From NCBI GenBank assembly GCA_040357565.1, contig JBDODJ010000125.1: a DNA stretch of 32,397 nt; one strand, 5' to 3'. The position numbers were made by a program, and so were the translations under genes. Origin of the DNA: Cercozoa sp. M6MM. Lineage: Eukaryota > Protista > Endomyxa: Ascetosporea. The notes beneath the pieces were generated by a model that did no database searches, was not told where the DNA came from, and was given only the letters and a program-made list of their open reading frames with translations. Below, in pieces: positions 1-10,363 of the stretch (positions within the stretch are counted from its first letter, which is position 1; each line of letters opens with the position of its first letter).

Positions 1-35
1 ACCCCCCTATTTACCCCCCTATTTACCTCCTGTAG

Positions 36-625
36 GTGTCGCCGCAGCGGCGACGGCGTGCGCGGAGTATTTTCGCACGCGAGCCGTTTCACAGTGTGTC
101 GCCGCGCGTACCGGTGACGCCCTTGTCGCCGGTACTACCCCTGCCCCCTGTCATGTAGCCCTTCACTTCTTACCCCCCCCCCCGTGCAGTTGAGCAGCGA
201 TCATACGCCGCTGGTGACGCCGCGAGCGCAGGCGGCGCAACTGACAGATCAGCAGCGACTCTTCTTCCGGTACCTGGCGCGACTGGTCGAACTGCACACG
301 CGCGTGCGCAACTTCCGGCAGCCGTACGTCTCCTGCTTTACTCCTCCGCCTTGTTTCTTTTTACTCCCTCCTTCCCTCCCTGATGCAGGGCGCAGAGTGC
401 GCAGAATTCGCCTCGTGTCGACACCGAGACGAGTGGCAGCGATGCGGCGAGTCAGGTGTGTTGATGTCTATAGCTTTGTCTATCACTTTGTTTGTGTCTA
501 TATCTAGAGCCATGTCTATGTTTTTGCTATCTCTATAGCCATGTCTATATGTTTCTATGTGCGTGCATCTGCAGGCACTTACGAGCAGCAGCAATCCGAT
601 CGGCTTCCATTTCGTGTCGGCCTAG
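36..625 (+). CDS. 3' part of an unknown SP/TP-rich protein (last 4 exons; gene starts before the window)
   Basis: Phase-consistent GT-AG splicing gives VSPQRRRRARSIFAREPFHSVSPRVPVTPLSP|LSSDHTPLVTPRAQAAQLTDQQRLFFRYLARLVELHTRVRNFRQP|AQSAQNSPRVDTETSGSDAASQ|ALTSSSNPIGFHFVSA*, with TAG at 623-625. No family recognised. Confidence 0.65.
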
Positions 626-857
626 ATCTGCAGTGGCAAAACGCAAAAGCCAACACACTGCCTGTTCGCTCGGTGGATCCATCATACCGAAAGCTGCTCT
701 TCCAGTTACAGCTCCTGTGCGCTCAACCACACACGCACACACACACAGCAGTGTGCAGTGTGACCTCTATCATCATGGCGTGACACATGACATGAGATAA
801 CCAACGACGGCAGTATTCGTAGTAGTATTATATTAATCTTGCAATTCATTGTTCCAA

Positions 858-1190
858 CTTCCCATCTCACGGCATGGCACGCATGAAATTCATCCTTACG
901 TACGCTTGCGATCCTTGATCGACAAACCCAGAGAGGGTTTTAATTTATTTTATCCTTCTGAGTCGACAGAACTGGAGCAGATCTTCGTCGTGGCGGGGTG
1001 CATTAAATGAGGACCCGCTCGCTGGCTCACTACCGGTTACAAACAGGCTGGGCCTTCGAGCCAGACAAGAATTATAACTGTCTTGGAGCGATCTCTTTTG
1101 TCCACTCCAGAACACTAGGCCTAAGTCTCGTGGTGCCGTGCTCCTAGGCTCTCCTCTATCTCGATGGGATTCACCGAAGTGCTCCGCATC
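858..1190. ncRNA. Candidate structured non-coding RNA, family unassigned
   Basis: Intergenic, with no credible exon. Nested complementary segments: 860-866/1163-1169, 868-875/1133-1140, 919-923/962-966, 929-937/953-960, 972-977/1105-1110, 1022-1028/1058-1064. A C(UUCG)G hairpin lies on the minus strand near 1172-1181. No diagnostic snRNA, RNase P/MRP or SRP motif matched. Confidence 0.3.
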
Positions 1191-1449
1191 CAGCCAACGA
1201 ATTTATCACATCTGTCCTTCGGCAATTCACCACAAACAACGAATTTATTACAGACACACACTCACGCACGCACGCATGCACACAGCAGGTCAGGCACGGT
1301 AGGCACCGACCGGTTGCAGATTGCTTTTAAAAGAATGTCCGTAAACAGTAGAACTTTTGATTAAAGGGGATCATTTGACACCATTGAGTCGTTCGTTAGT
1401 TTAGATTTCGCTCTAGCGTTGTGTGTTTGGTGTGCCAACTACCACAAAA

Positions 1450-2801
1450 ATGTCGGAACAGCCTCCGGTTGCGCCAAAGGCGCCGGCAGAGGAGTCGAAA
1501 AAGTTGCAGAGTCTCGCTCGTCGTCTTGGGATGTATCTTCTCTTTGGCTTCTTTCGAGGCTTTGACTGTTAACCTCCTTGTCGCTTGCTTCCTCGTACGT
1601 CAGTTCGACGGAAGACCTGACGTCAGCGACGAAACCGCGATCAAAGCGAGTGTATTGCTATTGTTTTCCCAAGACTACCCGGACCGTATGTGTTGTGCTT
1701 TTGTTGCAGACGACGCCGACCGGCCTACCTCGACGTAGGCGGACTATCGCTTAAGGGGTGTTTGCTAACTTGATGTAAGAGTGCGCGTGTTATAGGCGCC
1801 GCAGACGCGCGAGGAGCAGGAAGCGCTGCAGCGCGCGCTGTCGGCGTCAGTGCGACAGACGAAGCAGCAGGACGAAACCGGAGAGGGAGACGACCGCGAG
1901 GAAGCTGATGTCCCTGCGAAAACCAACGTCCCCGCGGAAGCTAGTGTACTCGCAGAAGCTGATGTCCCCGCGGAGGCTCAGGAAGAAGCAGAGCCAGCAG
2001 AGACGGTGAGCGAAAAAAGCAAAGAAACGGCAAAGAAAGAAACAAAGAAACGGCTGCGGAAGCGTGCTTTCTCGTTCGGTAGTTTCTCTTGTATTTTTGT
2101 GCTTCCGCGTGGAGACCTTGTATGGTCGGTTGATGTTACTTTGAGTAGAGGGAGACGTCTCATGCACGGGCGAGTTGTTCTACCGCATGCGGCAGTTCAC
2201 GGCCACGGATCTGCGACTCGGCGTACGCAACCTGCTGGCGGTAGTTGCACTCCCCCTCTTTGCTTACCCCCCTCCCCTCCCCACCCTCTCTCCCGCACTT
2301 AGCTCCCCTCTCATTCACTTACTGTCCCTCGAGTAGCGTCACCCAGAGTGGACGAAAGCCGTGATCGGAGCCTTCCACGACGCTGCCACCGGCTCTGTAG
2401 GTAGTCCAGTCCTAGACGGTTGTCCAGCTACCTATCTGCCTGTTCTCGGTGTTGTACGCAGATGAAGAGGACGACAGTGTCATCGAGGACAAGTGCGACG
2501 CCTTCCTGCAGGAGGAGCCGGAGGAGCCGGAGCCGGAGCCGAAGCGACCAAGACTCGTTCAACCTGTATGTGTATGTGGCTATTGTTTCGCCCTTTTAGC
2601 CCTATTTCGCTCTGTCCCTTTGCAACTTTACTCCTTTACCCCCCCCCCCCCTCCCCGAAGGAGTGGATGCAGCCGAGCGCGCTGCCTCAGGCAGAGACCG
2701 GTGTGCCGCCTGCCATGCTGCCCGAGACCTCCATGGAACCAACGCCGCTACCGATGCCGTTTCCGTTGCCGCTGATGCCATCGGGCAACATCCTCATGTA
2801 A
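1450..2801 (+). CDS. Unknown acidic, probably nuclear protein with a UIM-like helix and basic NLS-like motifs (about 8 exons)
   Basis: ATG at 1450. Spliced MSEQPPVAPKAPAEESKKLQSLARRLG...RSKRVRRRPAYLD|APQTREEQEALQRALSAS (UIM-like) ...EPEPKRPRL...PSGNILM*, with TAA ending at 2801. Intron phases are consistent. Confidence 0.7.
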
Positions 2802-3076
2802 CTCCTACTATGATCCTCCCTACGGTCGCATAGGAGCTAGCGCATCTTATCATCCATGTCGTATACACTAGTCCTGGCACATTGCCTTGAAAAATACTTC
2901 CGCTCACTAGACCTTCCTAACCGAGCATGTAATGTAGCCAGACTGATTAAACAGCACCCGATCGTTAATATTTTGAACTAAACCCGACCCCAGTCGACTG
3001 AACGGGTCAGTTCGAGTCCAACCGAAAGGCGTGTTCTTTGTTATGTGCAGGATGCCGTGTTGTTGCTTTTCAGCAC

Positions 3077-5169
3077 TCACATGTCGTCCTCGAGGATGCT
3101 GAGGTCGCCAAGCTGTCGCGGACGGTACTTGTGCGCCAGGCCTGTGCAACGTGCATAGCATAGGCATGCAACATAGAGCAGACAACATAGCAGACAACAT
3201 AGAGCAGACAACACAGGCATACATGTAGTCATACCAAAGGCGGCAGCAGACACGAGACAGAGGACTCCCACAAAGATGTAGGCCGAACCTAAGATAGCAA
3301 AGTACACGTGGGGACAGGGCAGGTAGGCAGCGAAGCAGGGTGGGCATGAGTACCGAGGAAGGAGTTCTTGCCACCGAGCCACGACATCGTGGATACTACC
3401 ACCTGCACAAACAGAGGTACAACTATCCTCCCAGAGGGAGGAAAAGGTACCCACTTCTCGCCTTCGAACTCATCAACCGGGAAGTCTAAGCACAGATATA
3501 TTGTATATCGATACATGCATGAATAAAGAGGCAAGGAAGTACTGTTCTTGATGGTGACGGTGAGTTTGTCGCCCTTTTTCAAGTCGCGTTTCACCACGCG
3601 GTGCTGCATTAACACTTGTACACTGCGGCAGGGGGGGGGGGTGTAAAAGAAGGGGGCAAGAAAACACACCAGCTTGCGGAACGTTGGCAGACCGGCCGTT
3701 CGCATCCACACCTAAACGGGGGGGGGGGGGTAAGGCTAGGTGGGAAGGAAAAGGCAGAAAGAACAGAAGCCTACGATAAAGTCCTCGTCATCCACTCGCG
3801 GCAGGAAGGTTTTGGTCTCCGCCTGGAACGGGCCTTGATCGGTCTCGTCACTGTTGAGATCGCGGCCGATAAACTACCACAAAAGGGGCCAGTACACATA
3901 GTGGCCAACAACAAGGAAAGAACAGACACACCTTGTGCTTGACGTCTGACGACCAAGCGATGCCGTCGCGCACCCAAGTGTCCTCTACAAGCACAACATC
4001 GCAACGGGAGGGGGCAAAGGGCAAGAAGCAAAGGGCAAGGGGCAAGGGGCAAGGGCAAGGGGCAAGGGACAAGGGAGTTAAACCGTTGTAAATGCTCTGC
4101 AGTCCAGCCGTGAGATTGCCGACCAGGTCAATGTCCTCCGAGGGCTGATGTACACAGGTAAAAGGGAGGGGAGAGGGGGTAAAGACATGGAACGCACCAC
4201 GCCCGTGAGTGGTACTTCCGCCGAGGCCGAGAGCGACACAGTGCCCGAGTTGTCGGCCTGCATTCGTGCCATCCGCGCGGACATAGACAGTCAAGTCAAA
4301 CAGGGAGTACCGGAGTCAGTGCAGCGGCAAAGAGGTCGTTAAAGTAGGAACCGGCGATGAGACCGCACGCGTACAGTTTCTACAAACCGCAGGTTAAAAA
4401 GTTTCGCACTCTGAGTTGTGTCTCCTGGACCTACCGTGTTGTTAAAGTCCTCCAGCGGGTAGCAACCGTCGGTGGATGAGTCGGCATTGCGCAGCTGAGA
4501 GTCACTGCGCAGACAGCAAAAATGGTACTGTGCCTAGAGTCCAAAAACCACCATGGAAAGCAGAGATCATACCTGCGACTCTTAACGTAGCGTCGGTGGT
4601 TCTGGTAGAAGTTGTGCAGCTCGTAGTAAAAGTACACGGGACCCTGCACAGCAGCAACACCTAAACTGTCAAGCTGTATACTGAGACAGCCTACGTCCAT
4701 GTCCTCGGTGATGTCGACGGCGACCTGGCAGGTCTTGCCGTAGTTGCCCTCTTGCCTCGAGACCTGTCACACCGTGTTCCAAGGTTCCAAGAACACGGAA
4801 AGAACAAGAAGCAGAGCACGCACACGCACACACCTGGCAAGCCTCGACGTTGTCGTAGCGCACCTTAAACTCCTTGACGCCGTTGGCGGCCGCAAGGATC
4901 ACGCCGCCCTTTACAAACAATCAGCCTCCATGCCACTTCTGACCCCCCCCCCATCCAACACGCGCTACCAGTGGCAGGAAGATAACGCCAACAATAAGGA
5001 AGGTCAGCACGACGAGTTTCGGCGTCAGGATCGGCTGCCATGCCTGCGGACGGTCAACACAAATCACTCGTCGCTTTTTGGAGCAGAAATAGATCAACAG
5101 TCAGTCACGCACCGGCAAGCGCTGCTGCTTAAATGCCGACGACTGTGGTGCCCGCTCGTTAGCTTGCAT
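3077..5169 (-). CDS. CDC50: CDC50/LEM3/TMEM30 family P4-ATPase (phospholipid flippase) beta subunit
   Basis: ATG at 5169. MQANERAPQSSAFKQQRLP|AWQPILTP followed by TM1, then GPVYFYYELHNFYQNHRRYVKSR, WMRTAGLPTFRKL, STMSWLGGKNSFLG followed by TM2, ending RPRQLGDLSILEDDM* (3077). These are hallmark CDC50 motifs. Confidence 0.97.
4012..4076. repeat. Intronic (CAAGGGG)-type G-rich tandem repeat
   Basis: gggcaaaggggcaag...ggcaaggggcaaggggcaagggcaaggggcaaggg inside a CDC50 intron. Confidence 0.85.
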
Positions 5170-5579
5170 CGCGTAAAATCACTCCCGGCGCCTCCCAGCA
5201 CCGTCTCGCCCAATAGCAACAACGCACACCAAAACAATACACAGGCCACACAGACGAAACCCAGCGACTCAAGAACGGATGAGAAGTGTGCTGCGTGCAA
5301 GTATGACAGCAGGAAGTGTGTCTCACTCCGCGGGAACGATCGCTGTATGAGAAAGTAAAGTTGATGCACCCAGACGCCCCCTTCACTGCGCTGTCGCTCG
5401 TCCAAACGGACCACACAAGTGGCCAAAACAGCACAATCGGTACTGTATCTAGTTCTGCACAGCTTGATCTAAGCAAGGAATTGCTAAGCACCTGAAAGCC
5501 ACCGAGAAACGTCAAGCGAAAAGAAAGAAACGAGTCGTTTTTCACTCCGGTACGCGACGGTAAAAGTAAAGAAGAACGC

Positions 5580-7200
5580 TTAGTCAAGTAGCCACCGTGC
5601 ATCGTTGGGCTTGGCTGTTCGCATGTGTCGGTCGTCGCTATCCGTGCCTGCCGAGCAAAGAAGGAAAAGATACCAAGTCTCCGAAAAATAAAGATCGCAG
5701 TACGGTCGCGTGGTCGCAGCAAGTACAGCGCCGGCGTCGCTGCAAGAAGGATACGCAGCGGATGCGCGCTGAAGTCGGCATGAACATGCCCACGCGCGAT
5801 GCGGTGCATCTACACTATCAGAAGTACAAAGCTTTGGCCCTGCAAGGGCATGTGAGAAGGTGAGAGTACCTGGTGCTGATGCCAGACATTCTGCACCATG
5901 GCGTTGACCTCCTTAAGTGGCACCGTGATTTCGCTCTGCGCCGCCACCTCAATCTCACCGCTGCACAGACGACGCGCGACGTGCGCATCCACGGCGAAAG
6001 GGCGTGCCACGCCAACCAGCTCAAGGATGCCTTCCTGCTCACGGGAGGGGTAAATGGCTGGAGTTCAGCGAGAAGAACACAGCTCACTCGGATGGCGTCG
6101 TTCATTGCACTAGCCGCGCGGAAGCCTCCGGTCACCTTTAAGTTACAAATACAACACTCAAATGAAAGCTAAAACTAAGCAAAAAAAACTGCACACACCA
6201 TAACCTTCATCTGCTGCTCTTGGGGTGACCACTCGCGTCTATTTAATGTTGTTCGTCACAGTCAATGAGAGAACCGCAAACTGTAGATGCCTTACCGATG
6301 CTGGGCCAGCAGTCGCGCGAACTCGACAAAGAACGCGTGCCGCTTTGCTGAACGCTGGGACATACACGCAAGTGTCGCACTTGATTGCCATAGCTCAGAA
6401 AATGATTGACAAAGTACACTCTGCAGGAGCATGGGATTCTCATAATTGCCGCCACTGATTTCGACAGTATCGCACTACACTCACAACCTCAGAACTGAAC
6501 ACATCCACGCGGGACGAAATAATATACGGATTGTGTTGCCGCCAGCGCATGCACAACCTCTAGCGATTCCTCGTGCGTGAGTCCACCCTACAAGAACGCA
6601 TAAACAGTATTTGCATTGGTATTTGCATTGACAAATCAGGAAACCTTCTGAAAATCAGCAGAGTTGATTTTGGCGGCCACAACAAAAGTCCGCGATCGCC
6701 AATTTTTGTGTCTGGTTTGAGTTTTGTTCAGTTGGAACGAATACAATGCCGAACTGATGGTTTAACAACGCGAAAGTGGGAGTACGAAACATCTTTCGCA
6801 AAGTGCGCCTTGATGGCGGCATCGACAGCTTGACGAATGTCGGTGATAATTTCGAGGAGCAGCCTTCTTCTATTCTGCTTTCATTCGGAGATATACCATT
6901 CGAAGATATACAGAGATACAGAGATACAGAGATACAGATATATATATATATATATATAAATAAATATATAACAGTTCAACCCAACGAAAAAGGAGAGAAA
7001 GCACTACCTCGGGAGAGCCGCCGTAGCGATCAGTGCGTCGATTGGTTCTCGGCGACAAGAAGCTGCTCAGTAGGTAGCCGTGGGCCGAGTGGATCTGTAC
7101 GCCAGTAAGACCGCACTGCCAGCACATGAGTGCACTCTGCACGAAACGTTTCTTGACGTCCTGTCACTCAGCACACGGCAACAATAACAGCAGATCAAGG

Positions 7201-7294
<94 letters not shown>

Positions 7295-7645
7295 CATATA
7301 CATATAGATGTACATCAATAAACAGTTTGTTTACCCCGATCTCGGTGAGAGTGAGTGCACGTGCCTCAGAGAAGGCCAGCATCGACACAGGCGACAAGTA
7401 CCAAGGCATCTGACAAGGTGAGGGAAGGGTAATACTGTGGTGAGGGTAGGAGAGGCAAGCATGAAGACACTTGTATCTTTTCGCATGCAGAAGGAGCCAG
7501 ACACAGAGGTGCGACACTGCCCTGCACTCACACAGTACCAGTATATCCAACTTCGTACAGGGGTAAACAGCAAGCACAGGACACTGCCGACCGGCGTGAC
7601 TTAACTGCGCCCACAGCTGGTACTCTACACCGTATCCTCATAACG

Positions 7646-7695
<50 letters not shown>

Positions 7696-8411
7696 AAAGA
7701 GGTCAAGACGGCTGCACCTTCGTCTCGCCAAGCGTTGCGCACCGTGTCGCACATGCGTCGCATGGCACTCATGTGCGCACCGGCTAAAGCCACCATTCAT
7801 CTGTCAAAAGTTGAAAACAAACGAAGAAAAAGCACCCGGATCCGCGTGAAACTTGGCGTCCAACACGAGGTTGCGCGGGCCCTCGCGAAAGCGTCGATCG
7901 ACCATGATGTTGCCCGTTATGAGAGCACCCACACTGTACCGATAAGTGCATCCACATTTGTTGTTATACATAGGAAGAGACAGTGCACCCTCCTGCACGT
8001 GCCCAGTTGGCGTACAACTGCTCCACCTTCGGAGTGGCAACACCGTCGCCCGTGGCCATCTGTACAAGTCACCGAAACAACTAGACCGGTACGAATGAAC
8101 CAAAACGATAAAAACGAACCTGTTCGGTCATGGCAGCCTTGACTATCCGCGTGGACAGTGTGGCGCCGCACGGCAGTTCCAACGGCGCTGCGAACCGCCG
8201 CTCGTCCGAGTCGTCGCTCCTGCCTGCCACGGCCCTGACAAGTGCCACACGCGGACGAAGGAAATGCCAATATGCACCTGTGTTCACACAGACACGTTCA
8301 GAGTGTTCTTCATCCACGACAGGAAGCTGAAGTACCAATGCAAACACCGATCAGCACAGGCAACGTCGTCGCCGGTGAAAGCTGATCTTGCCAATACTCC
8401 CAATCTAGCAT
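5580..8411 (-). CDS. Old Yellow Enzyme family NADH:flavin oxidoreductase (FMN TIM barrel) with an N-terminal hydrophobic anchor; about 18 introns
   Basis: ATG at 8411. Motifs PLELPCGATLSTRIVKAAMTEQ, ALITGNIMVD, WAQLSHAGRQ, GVQIHSAHGYLLSSFLSPRTNRRTDRYGGSPE|NRRRLLLEII, KINSADFQK|GG, VEISGGNYE, AFFVEFA, VTGGFR, LVGVARPF. Probable end ...NDARWLLD* (TAA 5580-5582). Confidence 0.95.
7201..7292. repeat. (TA)n/(GA)n compound microsatellite in an OYE intron
   Basis: Directly visible. Confidence 0.95.
7647..7693. repeat. (CA)n microsatellite in an OYE intron
   Basis: Directly visible. Confidence 0.95.
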
Positions 8412-8544
8412 CTAACTTAGTATTAGTACACGTCTGCACTACAATATACTACCGTACTACTGAAATTGCTCTCTGTTTAAATAATAATACTGTAGCCATA
8501 CTGCTGAAGGTCGAACCGACACAAACAGCAAGTGTGCGCTCAAT
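8412..8544. promoter_or_regulatory. Probable bidirectional promoter (133 bp between divergent ATGs)
   Basis: The OYE ATG is at 8411 (-) and the next gene's ATG is at 8545 (+). The spacer is AT-rich with repeated TACTAC/TACTG words. Confidence 0.55.
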
Positions 8545-10004
8545 ATGAAGGTACTGTTAAGGTTTTGTTACAGGCTGGGGGGCGCTCGTATTTTTTGTTT
8601 TTGGAAGTAGTGGCTCTGGGCACAACTCGCCGTGATCGCCGCGTCGAGTGCTGCGGGCGTTTCGTTGGCCTCGTTGATCGCCAACCGATATTTGCCTGCC
8701 CCAAATGAGACCGACGATCAAGGTGACCACACTGCCGAAGCACCTGCAAAAACCGTCGTTTCGAACGATCATGGCAGTTTCGAGTCGTCCGCGCAGGTTC
8801 GGTATGATTTGGCCTATGTTGGCTGTTTGGTTTCCCACGAGGGTCACTCTTTAAGCAGGTACCTGGCCGAGTTCCTCAGCATGCGGAGTGCCGCAGATAT
8901 GCTCGACTTCGCGCTCTTTCCTGATAGGTATTTTGAACAAGGGAAGACAGAGTTTAGGTCAGCTCTGTCGGCATGTGCTTTCTGCAGCAAAGAGATCACT
9001 GAGTGCTTTGCTGTGTACAACGCGATCCGACGTCGTTCGTCTGTTCATAGTTTCTGATTGTGTCGACATTGCATGTGTCGTCTGTTGCTGGGAGCAGATC
9101 TCAAGGATATCGTGTCGAGTCAAGATTCCAACGTGACCGTACTTTTCTTGCACAATTGTTCCATTCGCAAGCAAGTCAGCAAGTTGCACTTTTCGGCAGT
9201 GCGTTGTGATTGGTGACGGCAGTTCGCCTCGTTGCGCAGGCCTCATGTGTTTCCGGACCAGGTAGCTTGTGTGTCATTGATTGCTTGCCTTGATATGCGA
9301 GCACGTGCATTATCCGAACAGGTGGCACCGAGTCATCAGTGTGGACCCGCAGATGCGTATCGAGGATGCGCAAGCTAGAGTACAACGTGCTTTCTTCTCC
9401 GATGAAGGAGCGAGCGTTGATTCATGCACTGTTCGGTAACTGCAGAGATGGGCGACGATTCGCAACTTGGAGATGCACCGTGCCAAAATCGAGGATTGTC
9501 ACGTACAATGCGCTGCCGCAGAGCGCATTGTCATCATCGCCATTCACGCACACGTGTGTTTTGCATTTTCTGTTAAGGTTGGTGGGGAGTTTCACGGTTG
9601 GGAACTTGTCGACGGCTCGCAGGTTTGTTTGGAGGAGTCACTTAAAAGTCTCTCGTTCGACACTGCTGCTGACACTGACGACAAACCCACGATCTCGGTT
9701 ATCACCGTGCCATGCTGCAACTGTACCTTTGCTTTTTTGCTTGCATTGCTATGTTGTGCAGGGATACGCATCTGTGGTTCCATGCTATGTTGTGCAGGGA
9801 TAAAGAAGCATGCGACAATGTACGGACGGGTGCCTGATTTGCAGTACGAAGATCCCTCCATGCTGAGCGGTAACTTCTCCTTTCTTTCTCTCTCTCTTTC
9901 TTGAGAAAATACGATCGTTACTGGCAGGCAAACGACGTATTTCGGTGTTCAAAGACGTTTACGACGGCTGGAAGCAACAGAACGCGGCCATCGCTTCGGG
10001 TTGA
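8545..10004 (+). CDS. Uncharacterised class I SAM-dependent methyltransferase-like protein with an N-terminal hydrophobic anchor (about 10 exons)
   Basis: Spliced MK|WLWAQLAVIAASSAAGVSLASLIANRYL...SRYLAEFLSMRSAADMLDFALFPD|SKEITECFAVYNAIRR...CVVIGDGSSPRCAGLMCFRT|WHRVISVDPQM...NLEMHRAKIED...IVIIAIHAH|...ISVITVPCCN|W...PDLQYEDPSMLSG|KRRISVFKDVYDGWKQQNAAIASG*. The beta-strand/Gly loop, the acidic residue after beta2 (SVDP), and HAH and PCC resemble Rossmann MTase motifs. The coding region is solid; the function is inferred. Confidence 0.7.
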
Positions 10005-10197
10005 AATGTTGCGGTTGGTCGGTTAGTGAGTTTAGATTTATATAGAACCCGACTAAGTACAGTAGTTCCCCTGCACGTGGGTCATGAGAGCATAAAAAAG
10101 TCGCGGTTAGTCACCAGCGCAGGACTGGCCTTTTTACGACGGGAACAAAAAGCAAAGGTAAATTTAGACTGAGCTATCTGTCGCGGTTAGTCAAGTT

Positions 10198-10363
10198 CGG
10201 GTATGGCGGGGCTTTTCGAGGCAAAATCAGAATACAATCCCATTTCCCCCTTTACCCTGCCCCGTTTGCCGTAGCCCCGTACATCTAATAAAAGCAGTTC
10301 GAGTGCGGTATTTGGGGGGGGGGGGGGTTCTTATTTTGTCTCGAAAAAACCCCGCCATACCCG
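10198..10363. mobile_element. 166-bp MITE (non-autonomous DNA transposon) with TIRs of about 36 bp and a target-site duplication
   Basis: Left end CGGGTATGGCGGGGCTTTTCGAGGCAAAATCAGAA versus reverse complement of the right end CGGGTATGGCGGGGTTTTTTCGAGACAAAATAAGAA. TCAAGTT is duplicated immediately outside both ends (10191-10197 and 10364-10370). Confidence 0.85.

Noticed and set aside
2970-3025. tRNA/B-box-like GTTCGAGTCC with a hairpin and CTAAACCC (telomerase-template-like)
   Set aside because: No cloverleaf or A box. It lies in the short gap between convergent stops, and the template match is only 8 nt.
5159-5809. OYE-CDC50 fusion or overlap suggested by the long minus ORF
   Set aside because: An intron of about 54 nt near 5650-5703 gives a normal OYE stop at 5580, and CDC50 has its own ATG at 5169 in another frame.
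5580-8411. Alternative genetic code (stop-codon reassignment) as the explanation for fragmented ORFs
   Set aside because: Every apparent in-frame stop in the conserved genes I traced is removed by a GT-AG intron, and TAA, TAG and TGA all serve as terminal stops.
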